Origin: a virus
Lineage: Duplodnaviria > Caudoviricetes
Length of the DNA: 52,930 nt
Direction: 5' to 3' (one strand)
IMG/VR virus record: IMGVR_UViG_3300024305_000003
Span: 1-52,930 of that record
A model generated the notes under the pieces. It was not told where the DNA came from. It made no database searches and saw only the letters and a program-made list of their open reading frames with translations. Of this stretch, positions 1-9,575 are shown in pieces; positions within the stretch are counted from its first letter, which is position 1, and every line of letters starts with the position of its first letter. Position numbers and translations under genes: made by a program.

Positions 1-1050
1 CTATTTCGACGGCTTCGCGATGGCGCCAACCCGGCGATAAACCCGCTCGGTGATCTGCTCTTTTGTGTGGCCAAGCAGCTTGCTGGCGTCTGCCAGATCC
101 AGAATCTCGCTGGCGGCCTTCGGCCGGATGTCGCGAAACTGGAATTGGCGGATGCGGCCAGCCAGGTCAGGGTCGCACTGTTTATCGGCTGCCAAGGCCG
201 CTGCGGCCCTTGCATCATCCCAGCGGTTGCGCAGCATCGCCCTCGACACTCGAAGGCCGCGACGATTAAGTATCAGAAATGGCGATGGGTGACCCGCGTT
301 GCCCGTTGCGATTCGCTCGAGCAAGATGCCGAGAGAGTTCGGTTGGCCCTCATGCTGTGTCTGGATACGAAGGCGCTTACTGGTCTTGCCCTGGCTCACC
401 AACAGGTACCCGTCGACAACATCATCACGCCTCATGCTGAGCACGTCGGCCGGACGTTGCCCAGTGAGATACGCAAGGTCCATGGCGTCACGCAATTCGT
501 GGCAGGCCTGCTGATAGACTGCGGCCCATACGGCGTCATTGGCGTAGTAGTCGCGTGGCTTTTCCTTGTTCTTGCGCACGCCCATGCAGGGGTTCGCCTG
601 CTCGCAAAGGCCCCACTCGCGAGCGATGTTGAAGACGTGGGAGAGCAGGGCGATCTCCCGGTTCGCGCGAGTCTTGGCGGACCTTGCGTCGCGATACTGG
701 GCAATCATGGCTGGGGTGATCGCTTCGATGGGGGCGTTATCGAAAACCGTCCGCAGCTGCTTGAGCTCGGCCTTGTTGTCTCGCTGTGTGCGAGGCGCTT
801 TGCCCGGAATAATGTCTCGCTCATATCGGTCAAGGATGGATTTCATGAGCTTCAGATCGCCCGGCGCGTCGCGAGCCTCCAGTTCCGCCCACCGTAAGCG
901 AGCCTGATTCAGATCGCTGCCCAGCGAGATGTCCTTGCCGTCTGGCCCGCGATAAAAATAGCTGACCCATACCTTCCCGTTTTTTCGCAGGCGAGTGCGG
1001 CGATACATGTTGATTGGAAGGTTGCGGTTCTCCGGCTTGCGTGGGCGCAT
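1..1050 (-). CDS. int: Phage integrase (tyrosine recombinase)
   Basis: 349 aa. Catalytic motifs TGQRPAD (R), RDIRPKAAS, LLGHT and C-terminal VYRR (Y). Confidence 0.95.
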   Translation of the reverse strand: MRPRKPENRNLPINMYRRTRLRKNGKVWVSYFYRGPDGKDISLGSDLNQARLRWAELEARDAPGDLKLMKSILDRYERDIIPGKAPRTQRDNKAELKQLRTVFDNAPIEAITPAMIAQYRDARSAKTRANREIALLSHVFNIAREWGLCEQANPCMGVRKNKEKPRDYYANDAVWAAVYQQACHELRDAMDLAYLTGQRPADVLSMRRDDVVDGYLLVSQGKTSKRLRIQTQHEGQPNSLGILLERIATGNAGHPSPFLILNRRGLRVSRAMLRNRWDDARAAAALAADKQCDPDLAGRIRQFQFRDIRPKAASEILDLADASKLLGHTKEQITERVYRRVGAIAKPSK

Positions 1051-1051
1051 G

Positions 1052-1288
1052 TCAGTTCACTTTCGAAAAGTCTGGGGTCCACGCCTGTTTGGCGGGAGCC
1101 GATGGCTGGGGCTCCACAGCAGGCGTGCCAAGCTGCTGCCTTGCGTACTGCCTTCCCACGAGCGGGCGCCGTCCACGGCTTTCGATGTAATGCCAGCCGT
1201 GACTGTTCAGCCAGCGGCGCTGCCATGCTCGCGCCTGGTAACCGGTGATCATGGCCAGCTCTTCGTCAGAAAGAATTTCACTTTCCAT
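1052..1288 (-). CDS. Excisionase-like protein (DUF4224-like)
   Basis: MESEILSDEELAMITGYQ...QRRWL pattern directly upstream of int. GGAGA RBS before the ATG at 1288. Confidence 0.75.
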   Translation of the reverse strand: MESEILSDEELAMITGYQARAWQRRWLNSHGWHYIESRGRRPLVGRQYARQQLGTPAVEPQPSAPAKQAWTPDFSKVN

Positions 1289-1344
1289 GGGCAATAGTTC
1301 TCCGTCGCCGCTCATCGGTGGGCGGCTGCGCTTTAGGATAAAAA

Positions 1345-1722
1345 TTAGGACAACTGCAGCGTGCCAGCTACCACGGCATGCGGGTTGCGTGAGGTCTGCG
1401 CCAAGCCCAGCACGTAGCGCAGCTTGGGGTCAGCGGCGCGTGTCGAGAGGCGGGCGAGCACGCTGCGCAGGGTGCCGGCGTGCTTGTGGATGGCCGCGGC
1501 GAGGCCCATGCAGAGCACGACCTCCTTGTCACCGAGCGGCTTGCGGTCGGCGCGCCACCACAGGTGCGGGTAGCCGACCTTGCCGCGCTCGCGCACGACC
1601 TTGCCTTCCCGTTCCAATACCGTCAGCTCCGTGCGGATCTGCGCGATGGGCAGGCCCGTCGCCTTGGCGATGTCCGCCGTGGTCGTGCCGTCGATATGAG
1701 TGATGTGCTTGAGCAGGCTCAT
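1345..1722 (-). CDS. Hypothetical winged-HTH protein
   Basis: TTADIAKATGL...IRTELTVLEREGKV is wHTH-like. Start overlaps the upstream stop (ATGA). Confidence 0.55.
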   Translation of the reverse strand: MSLLKHITHIDGTTTADIAKATGLPIAQIRTELTVLEREGKVVRERGKVGYPHLWWRADRKPLGDKEVVLCMGLAAAIHKHAGTLRSVLARLSTRAADPKLRYVLGLAQTSRNPHAVVAGTLQLS

Positions 1723-1925
1723 GCGGCAGCGTCCTCGCATCCGTAGTTGATGAGGCCGGTGGCGCCCTGGTCGGCGTCGTTGGCGATGGTGTTCAGCTGG
1801 CGTGCCAGTTGGCGTAGTTCGGCGGGGCTGAGCGTGATGCCCAGCGTCGGCAGGCCGTAGATCGCGGTGCGCGGCGCGCCGTCATTGCCGAGTGCGTGGT
1901 AGGCCGTCATGGCTCTTTGCTGCAT
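1719..1925 (-). CDS. Hypothetical protein
   Basis: Packed ORF in the left operon with an upstream GGAGA. Confidence 0.5.
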   Translation of the reverse strand: MQQRAMTAYHALGNDGAPRTAIYGLPTLGITLSPAELRQLARQLNTIANDADQGATGLINYGCEDAAA

Positions 1926-2009
1926 GGGGCTTCTCCTTGGGCGGTGTGCAGCGCAGGCAGTCGCATTCGCCGATGCGTTGGCCTGTCGTGCGGCAGTAGG
2001 TGGGGCGGT

Positions 2010-2231
2010 TCATTTCGCTTCGGTCTCGGTCCAGGGCAGGTACTGCAGCTCCCAGGTCGGATGGAACGGCATCGTGTGTTTCAGGCCGTCGAGCTGGATG
2101 TTCAGCCGGCAGTTGCGGGCGCTGCGGATGGTGCCGAACTCCTGCTTGCCGTCGCCGGTGTAGACGACGCGCCCACCGCGCTTGGCGGGCACGCCGTACC
2201 ACTTGCGGGTTCGTTCCATGTTGCCAGCCAT
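2010..2231 (-). CDS. Hypothetical protein
   Basis: 73-aa ORF abutting its neighbours. Confidence 0.5.
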   Translation of the reverse strand: MAGNMERTRKWYGVPAKRGGRVVYTGDGKQEFGTIRSARNCRLNIQLDGLKHTMPFHPTWELQYLPWTETEAK

Positions 2232-2687
2232 CTACGCCTCCTCCTGGCCTGCAGCAGCACGGCGCGCAGCCGCCTCGCCGTCACGAAAGCCGCTCGCCGC
2301 GGCCGTTGCCATATCCACCGCCGAGAAGCCTTCCTGCGCGGGATCGAGCTGAGCGAGTGGCTTCAATCCGTAGTCGCACTTGCAGTCCCATTCCTCGGCC
2401 CAGTATTCGCCTTCGCCGTCGACCCCTTCGCCGTCGATCTCATCCTCTGGCGGGCGATTTTTCACGTTCACCCTCTCGCAGGTGTGCGTGACTTCCCCAG
2501 CAATGACGTTTTCGACCTCCTCGTCCCAGCCATCGTCGAGGTAGCTCTGGATGATCCCGTCCGCCGCTGCATCGCGGTCTTCGGCGGTGCGGAAGTAGGC
2601 GAAGTCCCCGTTCTGCGGATCGAAGATGAAGTAGCGGAACTCTGCGGAAGGCGTGTCACTGCTTGCGATTTTCTCTGCGATGCTCAT
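2232..2687 (-). CDS. Hypothetical acidic protein
   Basis: 151 aa with a GAGGA RBS. Confidence 0.65.
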   Translation of the reverse strand: MSIAEKIASSDTPSAEFRYFIFDPQNGDFAYFRTAEDRDAAADGIIQSYLDDGWDEEVENVIAGEVTHTCERVNVKNRPPEDEIDGEGVDGEGEYWAEEWDCKCDYGLKPLAQLDPAQEGFSAVDMATAAASGFRDGEAAARRAAAGQEEA

Positions 2688-2697
2688 GTGGGTTTCC

Positions 2698-3219
2698 TCA
2701 GAAAAGACTAGGTGTCATGCCGCGCTGCACGTCTGGCTGCGGCGGCGGGATGGGTATCGGGCGTGCGGCCCGCTTGGGTTCAGGTACCGGCTCACCGACG
2801 CGCAGCGCGGGCGGGATCGGTGGCGGGTTGAAGGAGGCGGCCAGCGCCGGTCCGTTGTCGTAGGGCTGCCAGGCCTCGACCAGCTCCCAGCGATCGACAA
2901 AGAAGGACGGCCGCTCGATGAAGTGACCGCCAGCGGCGAACCGCACCTTGACCAGCCCGTCGCCAATCGGCCGGCGGGTGGCCGGCGTCCAGGCGTCCGG
3001 CTCGGCTGCCGGTGCAGCGGGCTCCGCTGGCACATCCTCGGTCATCGCGAGGAACAGGCGCTGCGACTCGTTGCCGGTGGCGATCACCCGTCCGGCGACC
3101 GTCAGGGTGCCGTAGTCGTTGCGCCCGCAGCCCCGGCAGACCTGGTAGTCGAAGACGGCGCCGGCCTTCCGGTTGACGGCTTGCGCATCCTTCATGGCGG
3201 CGCCGCATTTGCATTCCAT
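2698..3219 (-). CDS. Hypothetical protein with an N-terminal Zn-ribbon-like motif
   Basis: MECKCG...CRGCG. RBS GGAGACAGCC-ATG. Confidence 0.6.
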   Translation of the reverse strand: MECKCGAAMKDAQAVNRKAGAVFDYQVCRGCGRNDYGTLTVAGRVIATGNESQRLFLAMTEDVPAEPAAPAAEPDAWTPATRRPIGDGLVKVRFAAGGHFIERPSFFVDRWELVEAWQPYDNGPALAASFNPPPIPPALRVGEPVPEPKRAARPIPIPPPQPDVQRGMTPSLF

Positions 3220-3236
3220 GGCTGTCTCCGCGGGCG

Positions 3237-4958
3237 TTAGGCGGCGAGCGACTGTTGCCGCTGCGTCTGCCAGGGGTTGTTGGCGCGGGCAATGGCGGCC
3301 ATCGGCGGCGGGCTTACGCTGTTGCCGCACATGTGCACCTGCTCGCTCTTGGTGAACAGCCGGCCGTCGTGCCCGCGCTGGATGATGTAGTTCGGCGGGA
3401 AGCCTTGGGCTGCGTACAGTTCATGGGGCTGCAGCATCCGCAGGCAGATGTCGACGATCACGTAAGGGTCGCCGCCGATCCAGACCGTGACCAGCGCCAG
3501 GCGGTCCTTGGTGGTGATGGTGGGCAGCGGCGCGCCAGGTGACGACAGATTGTCCGTACCGTAGTAGCTCATGAGGAAAGCCGCGCAGCGCAGCGCGCCT
3601 TGCTCCACGTCTGGCGAGAGCTTGCATTGGATCAGGGCGTGATGCTCGGCGTCGGCGGTCAGCGTCGGCACCGGCTCGGCCATTCCGCGACCGGCGCAGT
3701 TCTTGCGCAGAGTCACCAGATTGGCCGTCACCAGCTGCTGCTGGCTGCCCCTGTTGGTGACGGTGGTCATGGGGTCATCGAGCGGCTTGGAGTGCGTGGT
3801 GTTGAAACCGCCGTTGGCCTGAGCGAGAAAGGCGGTGGCCAGCGCGTGCTTGATGCCGCCGGCCACTACGGTGCCCAGCGGCTTGTCCATGCCCGGCGCG
3901 CGCGGAGCCTGGCCGGCGCGCTCGCCGTAGCCCACCTGGATCAGACTCGGCGAGGCCAGCGCAAACGAGCCGCCGCGCGGCCAGGCCGTGACGGTGTTGA
4001 GCGGCTGGTCGACCGGCTGCACGGCATCGCGCGACCAGTTGGCGATCGGCACGATGAAGGGCTGGGCCTTGCCGAGCACCTCGCGCTGAATGCCCTTGGC
4101 GATGCGGCGCAGGGTGGCCTCGGCCAGTGGCTTCTTGCGGCCGAAGATGCTCTGGCCCGGTATCGACCAGTCGATGCACTCTGCCGCGGTACGGTAGGGC
4201 TTCTGGCCCTTGGCGGGCCTGGCTGCGTGAGTAGGTGCCGGCCAGACGATCGGCTCGCCGTCGCGCCGGGCGACCAGAAACAGTCGCTCGCGGCTGGTGG
4301 GTGCGCCGAAGTCGCAGGCCTTGAGGATGCGGTGCTCGACGGCGTAGCCCAGCGCCTTCAGCTGCCCGAGGAACTTGCGCCAGGTGCAGCCCTTGCGCTT
4401 CGGATCCGGCACCAGGAACTGCTCACTGCGCGGCACGCGCTCGCCGGGGCCTGCGACCGAGCCGTCGCAGCGCACCACGCGGCCGGTGGCCTTGTCTCGT
4501 TTGGCGATCAGCGGCCCCCATTGCTGGATCTGCTTCACGTTTTCCAGGCTGATGATTCGTGGCTGGCCGATCCCAGCCCACTTGATCACCACCCAGCTCA
4601 GGTTTCGAATCTCGGCGCTTCGCTGCTGGCCGCCCTTGGCCTGGCTGAAATGGGTGCAGTCGGGGCTGGCGTGATACCAGCCGATCTTGCGCCCGGCTAG
4701 CACGCGCACCGGGTCCACTTCCCACACGTCCGTCTGCAGGTGCAGGGCGCCAGGGTGGTTGGCTTCGTGCATGCTGATCGCAGCCGGGTTGTGGTTGATG
4801 GCAATGTGCACCGGTCGCCCGAGGCCCATCTCGAGCCCAGTGCTGGCGCCGCCGCCGCCGGCGAACAGATCGACGTTGATTTCTTCATCCTGCTCGGTAA
4901 GCGGCAGGCCATACTGGGTGCGGAAGTCGAGCGGGGCGGGCTTCTTGAGTGAGGTCAT
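3237..4958 (-). CDS. DNA (cytosine-5) methyltransferase, orphan
   Basis: Motif I DLFAGGGG, motif IV SPDC, motif VI ENV, motif VIII TSRERLF, motif X GNSV. Confidence 0.92.
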   Translation of the reverse strand: MTSLKKPAPLDFRTQYGLPLTEQDEEINVDLFAGGGGASTGLEMGLGRPVHIAINHNPAAISMHEANHPGALHLQTDVWEVDPVRVLAGRKIGWYHASPDCTHFSQAKGGQQRSAEIRNLSWVVIKWAGIGQPRIISLENVKQIQQWGPLIAKRDKATGRVVRCDGSVAGPGERVPRSEQFLVPDPKRKGCTWRKFLGQLKALGYAVEHRILKACDFGAPTSRERLFLVARRDGEPIVWPAPTHAARPAKGQKPYRTAAECIDWSIPGQSIFGRKKPLAEATLRRIAKGIQREVLGKAQPFIVPIANWSRDAVQPVDQPLNTVTAWPRGGSFALASPSLIQVGYGERAGQAPRAPGMDKPLGTVVAGGIKHALATAFLAQANGGFNTTHSKPLDDPMTTVTNRGSQQQLVTANLVTLRKNCAGRGMAEPVPTLTADAEHHALIQCKLSPDVEQGALRCAAFLMSYYGTDNLSSPGAPLPTITTKDRLALVTVWIGGDPYVIVDICLRMLQPHELYAAQGFPPNYIIQRGHDGRLFTKSEQVHMCGNSVSPPPMAAIARANNPWQTQRQQSLAA

Positions 4959-5350
4959 GGGGCGGGCTTCTCGTCGTCATCCGTGACCGATGCGCAGCCG
5001 ATATCGAGATTGCGCAGATCCTGGATTGATATGGTGTTCGTGCCATCGGTGATGGCCCAGCTCGGCAGCTCGAGATTCTTGAACGTGCCGGAGAAATGTC
5101 GGTACGCACCTAGCGCTGCGCGTTTGAACGACTTGGCGGCAACAGTGCCGATAGGAATGTCTTTACCCCCCCCCTTGAGGGTGAGCTGGAACGTAGACAT
5201 AGCTGCGATGCGTTTGGCCGCCGCCCGCACGGTGCTTGGCGCGAGCTTCAGTTCCTTGGCGAGCTCCGGTACAGATTTATCCAGCAGCGCTTCGACAATG
5301 GCCTGGTCTCGCGCGGGGCTGCGCAGGCCGGCATAGATTACGGTTTGCAT
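4955..5350 (-). CDS. Hypothetical HTH-containing protein
   Basis: SVPELAKELKLAPSTVR is HTH-like. RBS GGAGACAGCC-ATG. Confidence 0.55.
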   Translation of the reverse strand: MQTVIYAGLRSPARDQAIVEALLDKSVPELAKELKLAPSTVRAAAKRIAAMSTFQLTLKGGGKDIPIGTVAAKSFKRAALGAYRHFSGTFKNLELPSWAITDGTNTISIQDLRNLDIGCASVTDDDEKPAP

Positions 5351-5435
5351 GGCTGTCTCCAGGCAAAGCGCCGCCATTCCACGCGCGTAGCGGCGGCAAA
5401 GAAAGTTCGTGACGGGATTGCGCGAAAGCTCGCCG

Positions 5436-6443
5436 CTAAGTCGAGGCGCGCTTGAGCTGGTCGGTCAGCTGCGTGGGTAGGTTGCGGATGATCAGCACGT
5501 CGCGGGCCTTGTCGAACTCGACCTTCGAGCCCAGCAGGTGCGATTCGAAGCTGATCGACAGGCCTTCGGTGCGTCCGGTGAAGCGGCGGAACTGATTGAG
5601 GGTGCGCTTGTCCGCCGGGAATTCGGCAGACATGCCGTAGTCCTTGTTGCGGATGAAGTCGGCGAAGGACTTGGGGCGCTCTTCATCGAGCAGGCTGGAC
5701 AGTTCTTCGAGGGTGATCGCCTCGCCGAGCTTGGCCTGGGCGGTGGCGTAGTCGACCAGCGCGCTGGTCTTTTCGCGCGCCTGTTCCTCCGGCAGGTCTT
5801 CGCTTTCGACGTAGTCGCTGAAGGCCTTGAGCAGGGTGCGGGTCTCGCTCGGGGCGTCGACGCCCTCCTGGCAGCCGATGAAGTCACGGAAGTACTCCGT
5901 GGCCCTGCGCCCCTGCTTGCCCTTCAGGCAGGAGATGTATTGCCTCGACTGTGCGTTGTTGCGCCACTCGCTGAGGTTGATGCGCGCAGCCAGGTGGAGC
6001 TGGCTCACGTCCAGGTACTTGGCCGTCTCGACGTCCAGCGCCTCGCTGACGGCTACGCCTTCGCTGTGATGCAGCAGGGCGATGGTGAGGTAGTCGGTCA
6101 TGCCCTGCTGGTAGTGCGCGAACAGCACGTGGCCGCCGGTGGCCAGGTTGGATTCCTCCATCAGCCGCTGCAGGTGCTCGACCGCGTCATGGCTGAAGCT
6201 GGCGAAATCACGGCCGCCGTCGAGGTAGTCTTTCAGCCAGCCGCTGAGTGGGTAGGCGCCGGACTCTGCGTGAAACAAGCCCCAGGCCTTGCCAGGCTTG
6301 GCATTGTAGCTCTCGTTGAGGTCGGCCAGCAGGTTATCCATGGCGCTCGAGTCGCCAACTTCAGAGCTGCGGGCGGTAAGAATGGACGGCGAACCGTCGG
6401 GCTTCTTGTCGATGAGGTGAATGATTGCGTGGCGGATCGGCAT
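5436..6443 (-). CDS. yejK: Nucleoid-associated protein, YejK/NdpA family
   Basis: 335 aa from [13 protein letters not shown]. Contains [20 protein letters not shown] and a C-terminal LIIRNLP. GAGG RBS. Confidence 0.88.
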   Translation of the reverse strand: MPIRHAIIHLIDKKPDGSPSILTARSSEVGDSSAMDNLLADLNESYNAKPGKAWGLFHAESGAYPLSGWLKDYLDGGRDFASFSHDAVEHLQRLMEESNLATGGHVLFAHYQQGMTDYLTIALLHHSEGVAVSEALDVETAKYLDVSQLHLAARINLSEWRNNAQSRQYISCLKGKQGRRATEYFRDFIGCQEGVDAPSETRTLLKAFSDYVESEDLPEEQAREKTSALVDYATAQAKLGEAITLEELSSLLDEERPKSFADFIRNKDYGMSAEFPADKRTLNQFRRFTGRTEGLSISFESHLLGSKVEFDKARDVLIIRNLPTQLTDQLKRAST

Positions 6444-6477
6444 GGCTTGCCTCGGAATGCAGGGATAGGGAAAAGCC

Positions 6478-6498
6478 GCCCAGCGCTGCGCGCCGGGC
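6478..6498 (-). promoter_or_regulatory. DGR target-2 downstream hairpin (GCCCGGCGC-GCA-GCGCTGGGC)
   Basis: 9-bp GC-rich stem with one G-T pair and a 3-nt loop, 13 nt after the stop codon of the VR2 gene. Confidence 0.7.
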
Positions 6499-6511
6499 AA
6501 ATTCATAAAGG

Positions 6512-7093
6512 CTAAATTTTCAATCTGCGGACGGGGCGCACCAGATACGCATCGGTCTTGCCGTAGTTGTACTGGGAGCCATCGCTGAAGCGCTGGATCC
6601 AGGCGCGGTAGGTGTTGGGAGCGTACTCAGTCGAGGTCCAATACCATTCGCCATCCTTGAATGACTCCGGGGCGTTGATCCACGCCAGCGCGAGCTCTGC
6701 CTTGGATGGCAGGTAGAAGTCCCCGAAATCGCCCTGCTTGAAGGCAGCGGCATATTCGGCGGCCGGGTGATCACTTTCAGCGAGCAGCGCTCGGGTATTG
6801 CTGGCGCCGTCGCGCAGGCTTGAGGCGCTCGACTTCTTGCCGTAGCCACCCCATTCCAGCTCTGGATCCTCATGCTCGACGGGAACGATGAGATGCCAGC
6901 GCTCGCCGTTGTCATGCATCACGCCGGCGTAGATGCCGCCTTGCTCTGGCCACATCTGCCCTGGGGAGTGGGTGGTCGGGCAGTCATTGCGGGTCGCGCT
7001 GGAGAGCTCGATCTCAAGCGCGACCCTGATCAGCTCCGGGTTGTCAGTGATGATTCTGGTGTTTCCTTCGGTCAGTTCGATGAGGCGGCTCAT
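6512..7093 (-). CDS. Remote DGR target protein 2: stand-alone C-type-lectin-fold (DUF1566/Lcl-like) protein
   Basis: 193 aa with [25 protein letters not shown] and VRPVRR motifs. The C-terminus contains VR2. Paralogous to the C-terminal domain of 32131..33645. Confidence 0.9.
   Translation of the reverse strand: MSRLIELTEGNTRIITDNPELIRVALEIELSSATRNDCPTTHSPGQMWPEQGGIYAGVMHDNGERWHLIVPVEHEDPELEWGGYGKKSSASSLRDGASNTRALLAESDHPAAEYAAAFKQGDFGDFYLPSKAELALAWINAPESFKDGEWYWTSTEYAPNTYRAWIQRFSDGSQYNYGKTDAYLVRPVRRLKI
6523..6634 (-). repeat. DGR variable region VR2
   Basis: 112-nt ungapped match to the TR (34258-34369) with 10 mismatches, all opposite TR adenines. Confidence 0.96.
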
Positions 7094-7148
7094 GTGACGG
7101 GCTCCTTGCTGGCGTAAATATGGTGTGCGTGACGCATTGGCGTGACGG

Positions 7149-7418
7149 CTAGGGTGTTTTGATCAGGTCGGCATGGACGGACGGCGCTTGCTGGCTTAGC
7201 CGGTACGCTCCGTGGATCAGGCGGGTTATAAAGTCTTGGGGCTCGTCGATGCCGGCCCGCCCCATCATCTCCACAAGCTTGGCGTCGGTGCCCTTGAACA
7301 AATCGAGCTTGATCGAGCGGGAGAGGAGGCGGGCCAGCCGCTCTTCCTCGGCGAGCTTGTCGCGCTCGCGCTTCTCACGCTGGCGGTCAGTGGCGGACTT
7401 GGCTGTCATGCGCGGCAC
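7149..7418 (-). CDS. Hypothetical protein
   Basis: Packed ORF with a basic N-terminus; the start may be 7409. Confidence 0.55.
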   Translation of the reverse strand: MPRMTAKSATDRQREKRERDKLAEEERLARLLSRSIKLDLFKGTDAKLVEMMGRAGIDEPQDFITRLIHGAYRLSQQAPSVHADLIKTP

Positions 7419-7819
7419 CGCCCGTCGTCGCGCAGTTCTATGCCGTACTTGGCAGCGATCTGCTCCACCATCACGGTGTTGAGCTTGAAGCCTTGCCCTT
7501 TGAGGGCCTTGTAAATCTCGTAGGAGGTGCGCCCGATGGGGCCGTGCTCCGTCTCGATGACGGCCAGGTCGGCGATGCGCCCAGCAAGCTCGGCCTGTTG
7601 CCGCTCCTGCTCGCGGCGCGCCTTTGCCTGGCGGGTGATGCTGGTGTTCCAGCAGGACGGCTTCTGCGGTGCACGCTCGGCGTGGTCGAGCCGGGTGATC
7701 GATCCGCCGCCCGCCAGAAAGGCGCCGACATGGACAAGTAGGGCGCGGCGATCCGTCTCCCGGCCCGGCGGGGTCGGAAGGTTGAGTGTGGTGAGGTGGT
7801 GCATGTGAGTCTCCGTCAA
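7406..7819 (-). CDS. Hypothetical protein
   Basis: Contains AFLAGGGSIT; the start may be 7804. Confidence 0.55.
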   Translation of the reverse strand: MTETHMHHLTTLNLPTPPGRETDRRALLVHVGAFLAGGGSITRLDHAERAPQKPSCWNTSITRQAKARREQERQQAELAGRIADLAVIETEHGPIGRTSYEIYKALKGQGFKLNTVMVEQIAAKYGIELRDDGRCRA

Positions 7820-7853
7820 GGCGCCCTGTGCGGGCGCCGAATCGGGTGGAAGG

Positions 7854-9575
7854 TCAGGCGGCGATGCGCTGCTCGATGTTGCCGATGTGGGCGATCAGGC
7901 TTGTGCAGATGCGGGCGAAGTCCGAGGCGCGGTAGAGCACCGTGGCCCGGTCGCGACCGACCGGCTCGATGCCGATGCTGCGCAGGAAGTCGGCGGTCAG
8001 CGAGAAGCCCAGGCGGGCATTGATGTCGCCCAGCTTGATGCGCTGGCCGTCGTCTGCCGGCTGCAGGGTGGCTGTTGCGGTCGGGTGCAGGTCGAGCGTC
8101 CGGGTCAGTTCGGCGACGAACACCGTGTCACTGATTTCTGCGGCCGGCTGTGGTGGCGCTTCGGCGGCCAGGCGTTCGCGCTCTGCGGATTGCTCGGCCT
8201 GCTCCTTGCCGGCCTGCTCGCGCGCCAAGGCGGCGCGCTCTTCCTCGCGGATGCGCTCGCGCTCGGCTTCGGCGCGGGCCTCGGCCTTGGCTTTCTCCTC
8301 GGCTTCGTGCTCGGCGATGCGGCTCTTGATGATCGCCTCCAGCGCCTCGTTGTCCTTGAGCACCAGGTGCTGGGTATCGCTGAACAGGAAGGCATGGTCG
8401 GCGGCCAGAGTGCGCAGGCTGGCCAGGTTGGTTTCGATGGCTTCGGCGGCGGCGTTGGCTTCGATCTTCAGCCGGGCCAGTTCGGTATCGGCGGCGTCCT
8501 GCAGGGTGGCGATGGTGCGCTTGCCCTTCATCACGCCGGCGAAGTCGGCGCGGATCGGTGGCAGTTGCACCTTGCCCAGGCGCTTGTTGATCGCCCCGAC
8601 GTGGGCCGCGAAGGCGCTCTCCGCGCCCATCTTGATCTCCAGGCGGCGCTGCTCTTTCATCGCCTTGACCAGCTTGTCCAGCTCCAGGCGCGTGCTGCGG
8701 GCTTCGGCGGTGATGTCGTCGATCGCGCTGAACAGCCGATCGATGCTCTCCGTCTGGCTCAGGGCGTGCTGCTTGGCGGCCTTCAGCCGGTCTTCGACAT
8801 CGCCGCACCACTTCACGGCCTGCTCGGCATCGGCAAAGTCCTGATCGGTGACCAGATCGCGATTGATCGCGCCGATCACGTCCAGCGCGTGCGCCTTGAA
8901 AGCGTCTAGGTTGCTGTTGGTGACCATGCCGGTGACTTCGATGCGCAGCGCTGGCAGCGTTTCCGGGGTGCGGCCCACGGTCTTGGGCGCGGCAGGCGCC
9001 TCGGGCTCGAAGGAGGCCAGGTCTTCCTCGAACTGCTTCCAGCCCGCGAGGATCTGCTCGATGCGGCCGGGCACCGGGCGGTACTCGAGGTGATGGAAGT
9101 TGTCCTCGGTGCCGTCCGAGCAGACGAAGATCGCGCGCTCGGCGCCTGAAACGTGCAGTTGTTGCTCCAGCTGGACCCAGTAGTGCGCTTCCAGCTCGCC
9201 GGCGGCGATCTGCTGGATCAGTGACTGATTGAGCGCCTTGTGCTCGAACAGGGTGTCGCCGAGCATCGTCATGCCGTCCATGCTCGCCAGCAGGCCGCCG
9301 CGCGTTCCGACCACCGGGTAGAGGTCTTCGCCGATCATGCGTTCGACGATGGGCCGCGCCGCGGCCTCGGTGGCGTGCCCGTTATCGAACAGCCGCTGGG
9401 TAGCGGCGTCGACCTCAGGCGCCAGGCCTGTTTTCTTCTGTTGCAGCAGGTCGCTGCGGCTCTGGTACTTGGAGACGCCGAGCATGGCCGGCGCTTCGGA
9501 GGCAGTGAAGTACTCCGCGCGCAGGGCATGCCACTCTGGCGAGCCCTGCTGTACGTCGTGGATGGTCATGTTCAT
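7854..9575 (-). CDS. YqaJ-like viral recombination exonuclease with long C-terminal coiled coil
   Basis: QGSPEWHALR, TASEAPAMLG, ASMDG and FEHK PD-(D/E)xK motifs. Confidence 0.88.
   Translation of the reverse strand: MNMTIHDVQQGSPEWHALRAEYFTASEAPAMLGVSKYQSRSDLLQQKKTGLAPEVDAATQRLFDNGHATEAAARPIVERMIGEDLYPVVGTRGGLLASMDGMTMLGDTLFEHKALNQSLIQQIAAGELEAHYWVQLEQQLHVSGAERAIFVCSDGTEDNFHHLEYRPVPGRIEQILAGWKQFEEDLASFEPEAPAAPKTVGRTPETLPALRIEVTGMVTNSNLDAFKAHALDVIGAINRDLVTDQDFADAEQAVKWCGDVEDRLKAAKQHALSQTESIDRLFSAIDDITAEARSTRLELDKLVKAMKEQRRLEIKMGAESAFAAHVGAINKRLGKVQLPPIRADFAGVMKGKRTIATLQDAADTELARLKIEANAAAEAIETNLASLRTLAADHAFLFSDTQHLVLKDNEALEAIIKSRIAEHEAEEKAKAEARAEAERERIREEERAALAREQAGKEQAEQSAERERLAAEAPPQPAAEISDTVFVAELTRTLDLHPTATATLQPADDGQRIKLGDINARLGFSLTADFLRSIGIEPVGRDRATVLYRASDFARICTSLIAHIGNIEQRIAA

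Noticed and set aside
1-60. attL/attR core repeats
   Set aside because: The window is cut at gene boundaries and no terminal direct repeat was seen.
6523-6634. VR2 as a simple recent duplication of the fibre 3' end
   Set aside because: VR2 is closer to the TR than to VR1, differs only at adenine positions, and the upstream coding sequence is highly diverged.
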